Source of the DNA: Planctomycetales bacterium
Lineage (GTDB): Bacteria; Planctomycetota; Phycisphaerae; SM23-33
Reading direction: 5' to 3'
DNA: 59,356 nt
Assembly (NCBI GenBank): GCA_030592655.1
Contig: JAUVIQ010000001.1
Span: 1-59,356, forward strand
This document shows positions 1 through 10,539 of the stretch, piece after piece. The translations under genes and the position numbers were made by a program. The notes beneath the pieces are model-generated. The model did not search any database, was not told the origin of the DNA, and saw only the letters and a program-made list of their open reading frames with translations. Each line of letters opens with the position of its first letter. Position 1 is the stretch's first letter.

Positions 1-504
1 GAGATGGTATTTGTAGATACGGCAACTTTCAGGGTAACTCACCGCTGGCCGTATTCATCTGATAGGACCGCAGGCATTCTGTTGAGTGACGACAACAAGA
101 CGCTCGCCATGTATTACACGAATATTGGCGATGATTGGCTGCACGCCGTTACCTTATGGGACGTTGCTTCCGGAAAACCGATCAGAAAGCTGTTTCTCCC
201 GCAACCGAGCAAGGAGCGTACCAGGATCATAAAAGAAGGTTACTATCAGAAAACTGGCTATGGTGATTTGGCGTTCACCCCCGATGGACGATTCCTGGCC
301 CTTTCAACCTACTGGTTCACAGGCGGCTGGAAAAAAGGAGAGGACCGACCCGATTGTCCACGTTTGCATCCATCCGGCTGCGTAGTGGTGTGGCGTACAT
401 CGGACGGAGCGGTTGTCTCTTTCCTTCTGAAGGATAGGCAGCAGCTACTCAGGGCAGTGGTCCCGGCCTTGTCCGTTTCGACAAAACCAGCAGGTGATCA
501 TTGA
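1..504 (+). CDS. WD40-like repeat protein, C-terminal part (5' end lies outside the window)
   Basis: The reading frame is open from base 1. WD-repeat-like strings are present (AVTLWDVASGKPIRKL, GCVVVWRTSDGAVV). Confidence 0.45.
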   Translation, partial: EMVFVDTATFRVTHRWPYSSDRTAGILLSDDNKTLAMYYTNIGDDWLHAVTLWDVASGKPIRKLFLPQPSKERTRIIKEGYYQKTGYGDLAFTPDGRFLALSTYWFTGGWKKGEDRPDCPRLHPSGCVVVWRTSDGAVVSFLLKDRQQLLRAVVPALSVSTKPAGDH

Positions 505-1232
505 CTATCCATGACATAATATCCAGCCCGATGTCGGCAGTTGTTTTATTCTCCTGGCTCGCCGGCCTCGCTATGTTCGTCGGCGCGGCCTTGGCCAAGT
601 TGGAACGATTCGGCGAAGGTGAATTGAAGGCCGAGATAGTGCATGGAATTGTCGCCTTCGGCGGTGGAGTTCTTGTCGCAGCCGTGGCGTTTGTGCTTGC
701 TCCTGCCGGACTGAAATCCCTGGACCTGCTTACGGCAAGCGTGCTTTTTTGCGCGGGTGCATTCGCGTTCATGCTTCTCGACAAGAGCGTCAGCCGTCGG
801 GGAGGTTCCAAAGCACAGTTCATGGCGATGCTCATGGACTTCGGTCCCGAAGCAATCGCGCTCGGCGCTGTTTTCGCCCATCAGCACAGCCTCGGAATAC
901 TCCTTGCCCTGTTTATCGGTGCACAAAATCTCCCGGAAGGTTTTAACGCCTACCGTGAACTGCGCAGCGGAGGGGCACGTCCAGCCCTGATACTCCGAAC
1001 CCTGTTGTTTTTGAGCGTGCTGGGGCCTGTCGCCGCGTTGTCCGGCTATGTCTTTCTGCAGTCCCATCCGCAGGTTGTGGGTGGGTTGATGCTCTTTGCA
1101 GCCGGCGGAATCCTTTACCTGGTCTTCCAGGACATCGCGCCGCAGTCCCGGATGCGTCGGCACTGGACCCCGCCGTTGGGCGCGACGCTCGGATTCCTCG
1201 TCGGAATGATAGGCGAGAAACTGCTCGGATAG
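501..1232 (+). CDS. ZIP-family divalent metal transporter (ZupT-like)
   Basis: Polytopic membrane protein with a GAQNLPEGF motif resembling the ZIP signature (HNxPEG). It overlaps the upstream ORF by 4 nt. Confidence 0.65.
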   Translation: MTIHDIISSPMSAVVLFSWLAGLAMFVGAALAKLERFGEGELKAEIVHGIVAFGGGVLVAAVAFVLAPAGLKSLDLLTASVLFCAGAFAFMLLDKSVSRRGGSKAQFMAMLMDFGPEAIALGAVFAHQHSLGILLALFIGAQNLPEGFNAYRELRSGGARPALILRTLLFLSVLGPVAALSGYVFLQSHPQVVGGLMLFAAGGILYLVFQDIAPQSRMRRHWTPPLGATLGFLVGMIGEKLLG

Positions 1233-1374
1233 GGATTTATACCGTTTGTGATTAATTAGTGCGCTGGCGGGATTATTGTTATTTCAAAGGTTACAGTTTT
1301 TCATCCAGGCGACCATATCCGGCCTTTGATCTTAGCGGTTAATCAACGCGAGGAAATCTGCGAGGAGGAAAATA

Positions 1375-2400
1375 TCAGTCTTTTACCGCCGGCTGCGGCG
1401 TTGCTGGTTGGAGTTTGATGACTTTCCCCATTTTTCGCCATCGTTCGTATCGTCGTTGGAGCAGGTCGTCGAGGTTGAATCGGCGGAGGTCGCGGAGGCT
1501 TCGGACGAAATATCGTTCGACGTTCGCAGCGGCTTCGGCGGCATTTCGGTGCGCGCCGCCGAGGGGTTCGGCAACGGCTTCGTCTATGATACCCAGTTCC
1601 TTCAGGTACTTTGATGTGATTTTCATTGCTTCGGCGGCTTCGGGCGCTTTTTCGCCGGTTTTCCACAGGATCGCGGCGCATCCTTCGGGGCTGATGACGC
1701 TGTAATACGAGTGTTCGAGCATCGCTACCCGGTCGCCGACGCCGATACCCAACGCCCCGCCCGATCCGCCTTCGCCGATGACCAGACAGACAATCGGCGT
1801 CCGAAGCCGGCTCATCTCGCGAAGATTTACAGCTATGGCTTCGGCGACTCCACGCTCCTCGCTCTCGACGCCCGGATATGCTCCGGGCGTGTCAATCAGG
1901 GTAACAATCGGGAGGGAGAATTTCTCGGCCAGTTTCATTACGCGGAGGGCTTTGCGGTATCCTTCCGGGTGGGCGCATCCGAAGTTGCATTTGATTTTTT
2001 CGTTGGTGTCCCGTCCCTTGTGCTGGGCGATGATCGCGACTTTTTCAGCGGATATTCGTCCCAGCCCGCATCTGATGGCGCTGTCGTCGCCGAAAGTGCG
2101 GTCGCCGTGCAGTTCCACGAAATCCTTGACGATCCGCTCGATGTAATCTCCCGCCAGCGGACGACGGGGATGGCGGGCGACCTGGACGGTCTGCCAGGAT
2201 GACAAGTTGCTGTAGGTCTTCTTCAGTTGCGACAGGTACTGTGCGCGGAGGTCGCGAATCTCGCCGCTGTGGTCGCGTCCGGTACCGGCCTGGTCGGCTT
2301 CCAGTTCGACGATATGACGCCGATTGGCAGCCAATGGCTTCTCGAACTCAAGCAGGTACTCGCTATCGCCGTTTTGCGAACCGTTTAGACCCGGAGGCAT
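1375..2400 (-). CDS. accA: acetyl-CoA carboxylase carboxyltransferase alpha subunit
   Basis: Full-length match to the AccA pattern: FGCAHPEGYRKALRVMKLAEKFSLPIVTLIDTPGAYPG and VIGEGGSGGALGIGVGDRVAMLEHSYYSVISPEGCAAILW. Confidence 0.92.
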   Translation of the reverse strand: MPPGLNGSQNGDSEYLLEFEKPLAANRRHIVELEADQAGTGRDHSGEIRDLRAQYLSQLKKTYSNLSSWQTVQVARHPRRPLAGDYIERIVKDFVELHGDRTFGDDSAIRCGLGRISAEKVAIIAQHKGRDTNEKIKCNFGCAHPEGYRKALRVMKLAEKFSLPIVTLIDTPGAYPGVESEERGVAEAIAVNLREMSRLRTPIVCLVIGEGGSGGALGIGVGDRVAMLEHSYYSVISPEGCAAILWKTGEKAPEAAEAMKITSKYLKELGIIDEAVAEPLGGAHRNAAEAAANVERYFVRSLRDLRRFNLDDLLQRRYERWRKMGKVIKLQPATPQPAVKD

Positions 2401-2549
2401 AACTCAATCTCAATAACGGCCCGGCACAAACACCAGACCCGTATGAATATATCCTATAATACCAAACAAGGACGCTCTCCAGCGCCCTTTCAACGCTCAA
2501 TCTCCACTACAACAGGATAAGTCCATTTGCCGAAACAGACAAGAAAAAA

Positions 2550-2629
2550 TTGCCGATTGCCGATTGCTCGGATATTCCGTTGAGCGATTCTTTCAATCGG
2601 CAATTGACAATAGGCAATTGGCAATTGCA
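2550..2629. repeat. heptamer-stutter hairpin in the tyrA leader
   Basis: The left arm is ttgccga ttgccga ttgc. The right arm is caatcgg caattga caatagg caattgg caattgc. The arms are roughly reverse-complementary tandem heptamers. Confidence 0.6.
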
Positions 2630-2639
2630 AAATGGTTTT

Positions 2640-3512
2640 ATGAAAAAACCTGTTCATAGGAAAATAACTGTCGTTGGTGTCGGGCTGCTTGGCGGGTCGA
2701 TCGGTCTTGGCGTCAAAGCCGCCGATGAGCGAATTACCGTTGTCGGCGTTGGCCGGCGAAAAATCTCCCTCGACCGTGCCCTGGCTGCCGGTGCGATTGA
2801 CGAGGCTACACTGTCTGTTGCCCAGGGCGTCGTCGGGGCGGACATGGTCGTGTTGGCCTCGCCGCTGGAGACCTACGAAGCACACCTGCTGGCGATGCGG
2901 GATGCCACTTCGTCCCGGACCGTCGTTACGGATGTCGGCTCGACCAAAGTAGTGGCTGTTCGCCTGGGCGAGTCCATTCTCGGCAGGGACGGCCTGTTCG
3001 TCGGTAGCCATCCCATGGCCGGCGGTGAGCGGCGTGGCGTGCAATTCGCCAGGGCCGACCTGTTCAGCGGGGCGACCTGTATCGTAACGCCGACCAAGCA
3101 CACCAACCCGTCGGCGATGCGAAAGGTCGAGCGGTTCTGGAAAATGCTCGGTGGGCTGACCGTTACTATGACCCCGTCGGCCCACGACAGCGCCGTCGCG
3201 CGGGTCTCGCACCTTCCGCACGTCCTGGCCGCTCTGATCGTCGCAGGTCAAAAGAAGGCTGAATTACCCTTGGCCGGCAGGGGTTTCCTCGACACTACGC
3301 GGATTGCGTCGGGCGACCCTGCCATGTGGCGGGAGATTATCCTGACCAATCGCAAGCCGCTGCTGGCGGCGATAGACGCAGCCGACGAGCAACTGATGCG
3401 CATCCGCGATCTTGTCGAGATCGGCGACGCACGCGGTATCGAGCGATACCTCCGAGCCGCCAAAAAACGCCGCGACGAACTTCTGACCCATCGGCTCAAG
3501 CGCGAAGAATAA
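2640..3512 (+). CDS. tyrA: prephenate/arogenate dehydrogenase
   Basis: Rossmann motif ITVVGVGLLGGSIGLG and a GSHPMAG motif. The start is moved to the ATG at 2640 (MKKPVHRK), because the longer ORF would run through the repeat hairpin. Confidence 0.8.
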   Translation: MKKPVHRKITVVGVGLLGGSIGLGVKAADERITVVGVGRRKISLDRALAAGAIDEATLSVAQGVVGADMVVLASPLETYEAHLLAMRDATSSRTVVTDVGSTKVVAVRLGESILGRDGLFVGSHPMAGGERRGVQFARADLFSGATCIVTPTKHTNPSAMRKVERFWKMLGGLTVTMTPSAHDSAVARVSHLPHVLAALIVAGQKKAELPLAGRGFLDTTRIASGDPAMWREIILTNRKPLLAAIDAADEQLMRIRDLVEIGDARGIERYLRAAKKRRDELLTHRLKREE

Positions 3513-3542
3513 CAAACTGTTCGCGCCGTAGCGGAATCATTA

Positions 3543-3654
3543 CGGGCCGAAACGGAACGAAACGGGCCAATTCGGGCCGAAACGGAACCATTGGGAACCA
3601 TTGGGGCCAATTGGGAACCGTTGGGGCCAATTCGGGCCAATTCGGGCCAATTGC
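3543..3654. repeat. degenerate decamer tandem repeat (about 11 units, GGGCCAATTC / GGGAACCATT / GGGCCGAAAC)
   Basis: Read directly from the sequence. It begins 30 nt after the tyrA stop. The AATT/AAAC cores recur about every 10 bp. Confidence 0.8.
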
Positions 3655-3766
3655 AAAATCCATAAGTCCTTTATGGGTAAGAACTTGCGGTTTTCGGGGT
3701 CGTTTTTTCGTCCATTTTGAAAAATTCACCTTTGCCTGTCTTGCCTAAACGGCCCAGCATACCATT

Positions 3767-3826
3767 GTGGATTGCGGATTGTGGATTGCGGATTCCTCGG
3801 TATTCCGGTAATCCGGTCTTCCGGTC
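3767..3826. repeat. heptamer-stutter hairpin
   Basis: gtggatt gcggatt gtggatt gcggatt is followed by attccgg taatccg gtcttcc ggtc, which is partially complementary. Confidence 0.5.
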
Positions 3827-3946
3827 TGTCTTCACTTGTCAAAGATTTCACTGGGGCGCTATATCGCCCCTTGCCACGGCGTAGTCCCTTGGCGTCTGCT
3901 CGCCGTCCCAGGGGGGACGAAGCCGGGTCTCTATATTAACTTTTGC

Positions 3947-3974
3947 GTTCGCGTTTGCGCGCGCAAACGCGAAC
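3947..3974. repeat. perfect 28-bp palindrome GTTCGCGTTTGCGC|GCGCAAACGCGAAC
   Basis: Read directly from the sequence. A half-copy (cgttcgcgtttgcgcgcgca) recurs near 4053-4072. Confidence 0.85.
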
Positions 3975-4239
3975 ACAAAACGGATTGCGACGACATAAGT
4001 CCTTGGTGGCTATGGGAAAAGTTTTTTTTGATTTTTTCGTCTCCCCGATTTTTACGTTCGCGTTTGCGCGCGCAGATTGGAGCGCAAGCGGAAATCCCCT
4101 GGGGACGTGAACGGATAGATTTTTATATTGGCGTGCTAGCCGCGACCGGTAGGAAGCGGGATATTTCGCCGACACCGTTGAGTCAAACCCGCTCGTTCCC
4201 ACTCGCGGCTAACCGTAGGCTTCAATTGCGCCTGAACGG

Positions 4240-4641
4240 TTACGTCCAGTTTTCGACCGTCAGTCCATCCACTCGGCTGAATTCTCGCTGGTTATTGGTT
4301 ACAAGCGTGCAGCCAACCGAAATGGCATGGGCGGCGATGAGAGTATCCAGCGGGCCGATGGGCCTACCCGCACGTTCGAGGGCAGCGCGGATTTGGCCAT
4401 ACACCGTTGCTGCCTGATTGGCAAAAGGCAAAATCGCCAACGGGGCACAGAAATCTGCGAGTAGCGAACTGTGCTTGGCGGGGTTTGCGGATTTCTCGAC
4501 GCCATACTGAAGTTCCGCCAGGGTAATGCTGGAGATAGCGATCTCGTCAATTGCAAATTGTTCCATTTTCCGCAGGAGGGCTTCGGCTCGACCACGGATC
4601 AGTTCAACGCAAATATTGGTATCGAGCATGAAGCGGCTCAC
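4240..4641 (-). CDS. vapC: type II toxin VapC (PIN-domain ribonuclease)
   Basis: MLDTNICVELIRG at the N-terminus and LVTNNQREF near the C-terminus. There is a 4-nt overlap with the upstream antitoxin gene. Confidence 0.85.
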   Translation of the reverse strand: MSRFMLDTNICVELIRGRAEALLRKMEQFAIDEIAISSITLAELQYGVEKSANPAKHSSLLADFCAPLAILPFANQAATVYGQIRAALERAGRPIGPLDTLIAAHAISVGCTLVTNNQREFSRVDGLTVENWT

Positions 4642-4874
4642 AGCGGTTCCCTTTGCTCGACAGGACCGCCCTGGTCACGACCATCGGCCATGAAGTCATC
4701 CGTTACCTGACCACACGCCTCGCGCATTAAATTCCACGCCTGATCCTTTTCAAAGAGGATCACCGACGAGCCGACCCGTTTGATGCAAACCTCGTCGCCT
4801 TCGAAGCGGAACTCTTTCGGCAGCCTGACGGCCTGGCTGCCCCCGTTCATAAACAACTTCGCCGTAGCAGTCAT
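4638..4874 (-). CDS. vapB: type II antitoxin VapB (AbrB/SpoVT-MazE fold)
   Basis: AKLFMNGGSQAVRLPKEFRF motif, 78 aa, located immediately upstream of vapC. Confidence 0.8.
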   Translation of the reverse strand: MTATAKLFMNGGSQAVRLPKEFRFEGDEVCIKRVGSSVILFEKDQAWNLMREACGQVTDDFMADGRDQGGPVEQREPL

Positions 4875-5010
4875 AACAATCTCCTGTCTATACTGAAGTA
4901 TAGACTATTTCGACCAATTTGTCAAGCCGCTTGATTTGCACGATAGTGTCTATCTTGACAAAACATCGTCAAAAGACGATAATGTTTATAGTGTGATTGC
5001 AGAATAAAGA

Positions 5011-5196
5011 ATGAAGATTCGGGAAATAATAAGGCTTGTCGAGAAAGACGGGTGGGTCCAGATAACGCAGAAGGGTAGCCATCGGCAGTACAAGCATCCG
5101 GTGAAAAAGGGGAGGGTAACAATTGCCGGCAAGCCCAAACAGGACGTACATCCCAAAACGCTGAATAGTGTGTTGAAGCAAGCAGGTTTGAGGTGA
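5011..5196 (+). CDS. hicA: type II toxin HicA (mRNA interferase)
   Basis: 61 aa with the GSHRQYKHP and GK...L..ILKQAGL pattern. Confidence 0.85.
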   Translation: MKIREIIRLVEKDGWVQITQKGSHRQYKHPVKKGRVTIAGKPKQDVHPKTLNSVLKQAGLR

Positions 5197-5438
5197 GAAA
5201 ACTAATGTGTCCTATGGAAAGAAAATACCTGATTTGTATTGAGAAGGCCGAAGGCAGTAACTACTCGGCGTATGTGCCGGACTTGCCGGGATGTATCGCT
5301 TGTGGGGATACTTTAGAGGAAACCAAGCGTCTTATCGCCGAAGCCATCGACCTGCACATCCGAGGCATGGATGAGGACGGTGAGCCTGTCCCGGAGCCTA
5401 CGACCGAAAGCGATTATGTTACAGTCCATGCGGCATGA
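5193..5438 (+). CDS. hicB: type II antitoxin HicB, short form (UPF0150-type domain only)
   Basis: YSAYVPDLPGCIACGDTLEE...AIDLHI pattern. It overlaps the hicA stop. The true start could be an internal Met at 5205 or 5214. Confidence 0.8.
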   Translation: MRKLMCPMERKYLICIEKAEGSNYSAYVPDLPGCIACGDTLEETKRLIAEAIDLHIRGMDEDGEPVPEPTTESDYVTVHAA

Positions 5439-5575
5439 TCAGAAGCAAGTGCCGTGGCCGATGCGTCCACGCCTTCACCCCTGCCCGCCATTTCGGTTCA
5501 ATCTGTTTTCAGACCCATCGGGTCGTCTTTCTTAGCCACGGGCGGGTAGCCCGTGGACAAATTCGCCCAGCAAAA

Positions 5576-5651
5576 CAAGCCCCATCGGGGCGTCTTATCT
5601 AATCGCAACGCATATTGCGTCAATGATGCCAAGACGCCCCGATGGGGCTTG
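5576..5651. repeat. REP-like palindromic unit (21-bp arms caagccccatcggggcgtctt / aagacgccccgatggggcttg)
   Basis: The arms are perfectly complementary, with an inner mini-hairpin acgca-tat-tgcgt. Smaller palindromes flank it at 5536-5556 (ccacgggcgggtagcccgtgg) and at about 5672-5691 (ccccaggcttccgcctgggg). Confidence 0.75.
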
Positions 5652-5752
5652 TGCATATTGTGCGTCCCTTCACCCCAGGCTTCCGCCTGGGGCTAAGAAA
5701 GGCACCGCTAACGCGGCTGGAAAGTCGGAAACCGTCCCGGTTGTTATCAGTA

Positions 5753-6223
5753 TTATTTCCCAGAGAGGGCCTCAATCGCCAGTTTGACGATATCATCAAA
5801 CTTATCCGTATCGTGCGGCACGATCAGCCCGGTCAGCCAGCCGACTTTGGCCTGATAATTGTTGCGAGGCCTTACTTCAAAACCACGTCGCCTCAAGTCG
5901 TCAGACAGGTCGGTGGAAAGCCTTATATCAATAAGAAGATTGTTTTTTCTGACGTACACGTACATGGCGTCGCTACGGCCCTTAGAGTATCCCAGATACC
6001 TGCTGTTGCGATTAATCTTCTCGCGGAGTTTCGGGAATTCATCCTCCAAACGCTTTCGTAGATTCCCCACTAACTTCTGTGGATAGTCCTTAAATACATC
6101 CCACAGGAATTCCTCCGGCAACAGACCAGCATCGGCGATGACCACGTTCTCCAGGTTCGTCTTATCATTCAGAGGTGGCTTCTTCACTTTAATCTCCCGT
6201 TGAATCATTTGCTTGTTCGGCAT
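5753..6223 (-). CDS. hypothetical protein (C-terminal half resembles the DUF5655-type pattern)
   Basis: The start is trimmed to MPNKQMIQ at 6223 to avoid overlap with the next gene. The region is visibly AT-richer than its flanks. The family assignment is from memory of the pattern only. Confidence 0.4.
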   Translation of the reverse strand: MPNKQMIQREIKVKKPPLNDKTNLENVVIADAGLLPEEFLWDVFKDYPQKLVGNLRKRLEDEFPKLREKINRNSRYLGYSKGRSDAMYVYVRKNNLLIDIRLSTDLSDDLRRRGFEVRPRNNYQAKVGWLTGLIVPHDTDKFDDIVKLAIEALSGK

Positions 6224-6246
6224 CGAGAAACCATATGCTGCTGATT

Positions 6247-6666
6247 CTATTGCGAGTAAGGACCGGGTGGCGTGGTCGCGCATGACCAGGCCACCCAATA
6301 TACAAGAAACAACAACGGCAGAGATAAAGCACCCAGGGCAATTTCCACCACGGCAAGCGTTGCGCGGCGTCCCCCGGCTTGCCGTAAGGCCAACATCGCA
6401 CAAATCAACGTAACGGCCGCCAATGTCGCAACAGCCATGCTTCCAAGGCGAATCCTGGCAACGCTGCCGATTTGCTCACCAGGAAAAGGAATCCCACCTG
6501 CAATGTGTACATTTAGATATATCTTCGCCGTCCAGAGGCATAAAAAGGCGAAAATAAAGGCGGAAATAACCGCCGAACCCAGGGCAATCCAGAGTAGCCG
6601 GTCGGTGCGGCGTTCAATATGTTTTGAGGTTCCTGTTTCCGCTGACATTCTTTCCTCTCCAAACAA
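6247..6666 (-). CDS. small polytopic membrane protein (tandem paralogue 1)
   Basis: Hydrophobic segments. It shares the pattern A.A.AA..LCA...R..G..A.A..EI......LL.YL with the neighbouring ORF. Confidence 0.4.
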   Translation of the reverse strand: MFGEERMSAETGTSKHIERRTDRLLWIALGSAVISAFIFAFLCLWTAKIYLNVHIAGGIPFPGEQIGSVARIRLGSMAVATLAAVTLICAMLALRQAGGRRATLAVVEIALGALSLPLLFLVYWVAWSCATTPPGPYSQ

Positions 6667-6692
6667 GCCGCCGCCTCTATTCTACGAGAAGG

Positions 6693-7106
6693 CTACCCGC
6701 CTGCCGGTACTTCTACACCGACCAGGGGCAGGAGCAGCGAAGCCGGCGACCACTCAGTTCGGGCGATCAGATAGAGCAAGACGAATGTTCCCGCCGCGAT
6801 GATTTCGATAATAGCGACGGCCCGATACTTTCCCCTGGCCCGCACCATCGCCACCACAGCACACAAAACCGAACCGGCCGCCAACGCCACAGCCGCACGA
6901 AGAAGCCAAGGTGTCCTGCTCACGTACTCCATTCTCTCGGGTGCCGCCATCTCTGCCATGAGGAGATAAAGCCCACACATGTCCCACGTGAACCACGCTG
7001 TCATTGCCGTCGCGGCGATGAGCAGGCCCGTGCCGATTCGCAATGGCAACCAACCCGGCGGCAGGCGGGTGGTAGTCACTGTCGATGCGGAGGGGATGTC
7101 TGTCAT
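6693..7106 (-). CDS. small polytopic membrane protein (tandem paralogue 2)
   Basis: See 6247-6666. It has similar length and topology. Confidence 0.4.
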   Translation of the reverse strand: MTDIPSASTVTTTRLPPGWLPLRIGTGLLIAATAMTAWFTWDMCGLYLLMAEMAAPERMEYVSRTPWLLRAAVALAAGSVLCAVVAMVRARGKYRAVAIIEIIAAGTFVLLYLIARTEWSPASLLLPLVGVEVPAGG

Positions 7107-7210
7107 TTACGTTATCTCTCCCAATGTCCTGTAGCGTAAAGGCGAGCCGCTGCTACGCCACCCGCCTAAAAAACCTTTAGACTCTGCGCTCTCTGTGTCT
7201 CTGTGGCCAA

Positions 7211-9919
<2,709 letters not shown>

Positions 9920-9946
9920 TTAAGTGCTTCATACCCTTAATCCCCA

Positions 9947-9971
9947 AGGTGGTCACAAATTGTGACCACCT
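9947..9971. repeat. 25-bp palindrome AGGTGGTCACAA-A-TTGTGACCACCT
   Basis: The arms are 12 bp and perfect. Related imperfect copies lie at about 10016-10044 and 10364-10391. Confidence 0.8.
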
Positions 9972-10016
9972 CTCAAGGCAAGATGCGGAGACGGAACACT
10001 TGGTATAAGTCACGCT

Positions 10017-10367
10017 TTGAGGTCACAAATTGCGACCTCAAAAGGAGGCCGTGGCGGCAGACGAACTTTACCCTACGCCTTCACCGAGCACGGGGCCATC
10101 ATGGCTGCAAGCGTGCTGAACACCGAACGGGCGGTCAAGGTGAGCGTGTACGTCGTCAGGGCATTCGTAAAACTCCGGGAAATGCTCTCGACCCACAAGC
10201 AATTGGCCCAGAAACTCGCAGAACTGGAACGAGGCCTCCAAAAACACGACCACCAGATTCTCGCCCTGGTCGAAGCCATACGACAACTCATGGAACCGCC
10301 GCCCGAACCCAAACGAAAACCCATCGGCTACGCTACAGAGTGCGAAGAACGCAAAAAGAAGCGATGA
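10017..10367 (+). pseudogene. ORF6N-family protein remnant (N-terminal domain missing, no ATG start)
   Basis: RSQIATSKGGRGGRRTLPYAFTEHGAIMAASVLNTERAVKVSVYVVRAFVKLREML matches the conserved central and C-terminal part of ORF6N proteins. The ORF begins at a TTG, and the usual N-terminal domain of roughly 60-70 aa is absent. Confidence 0.5.
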
Positions 10368-10398
10368 AGTCGCAGAATGCGACCTCAAAAACATCACG

Positions 10399-10411
10399 CC
10401 CCCCCCCCCCC
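10399..10411. repeat. homopolymeric C13 tract
   Basis: Counted directly. It lies about 130 bp upstream of the 816-aa SEC-C gene. Confidence 0.9.
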
Positions 10412-10454
10412 GATCCAACCAGAATGAGTCAAAGTTCCGGGGGCACCTCAATTC

Positions 10455-10483
10455 TTGACTTTCACTGGTTATCACCGTATTGA
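10455..10483 (+). promoter_or_regulatory. sigma70-like promoter candidate (TTGACT-17 nt-TATTGA)
   Basis: Hexamers read directly from the sequence. A GGGGGAGGGGA Shine-Dalgarno-like run precedes the ATG at 10540. Promoter rules for this lineage are not established. Confidence 0.25.
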
Positions 10484-10539
10484 ATTAAATAAGGTGTCCT
10501 CGGAACTCAGTCTTACGGGGTTTTCGGGGGAGGGGATAG

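Noticed and set aside
3836-4417. 193-aa + strand ORF in the long spacer
   Set aside because: It reads through palindromes and duplicated repeat units and overlaps vapC on the opposite strand. Its low-complexity translation looks repeat-derived.
9962-10483. 173-aa Arg/Thr/Pro-rich + strand ORF
   Set aside because: It overlaps, in another frame, the ORF6N remnant, which has family-specific motifs. Its composition is low-complexity.
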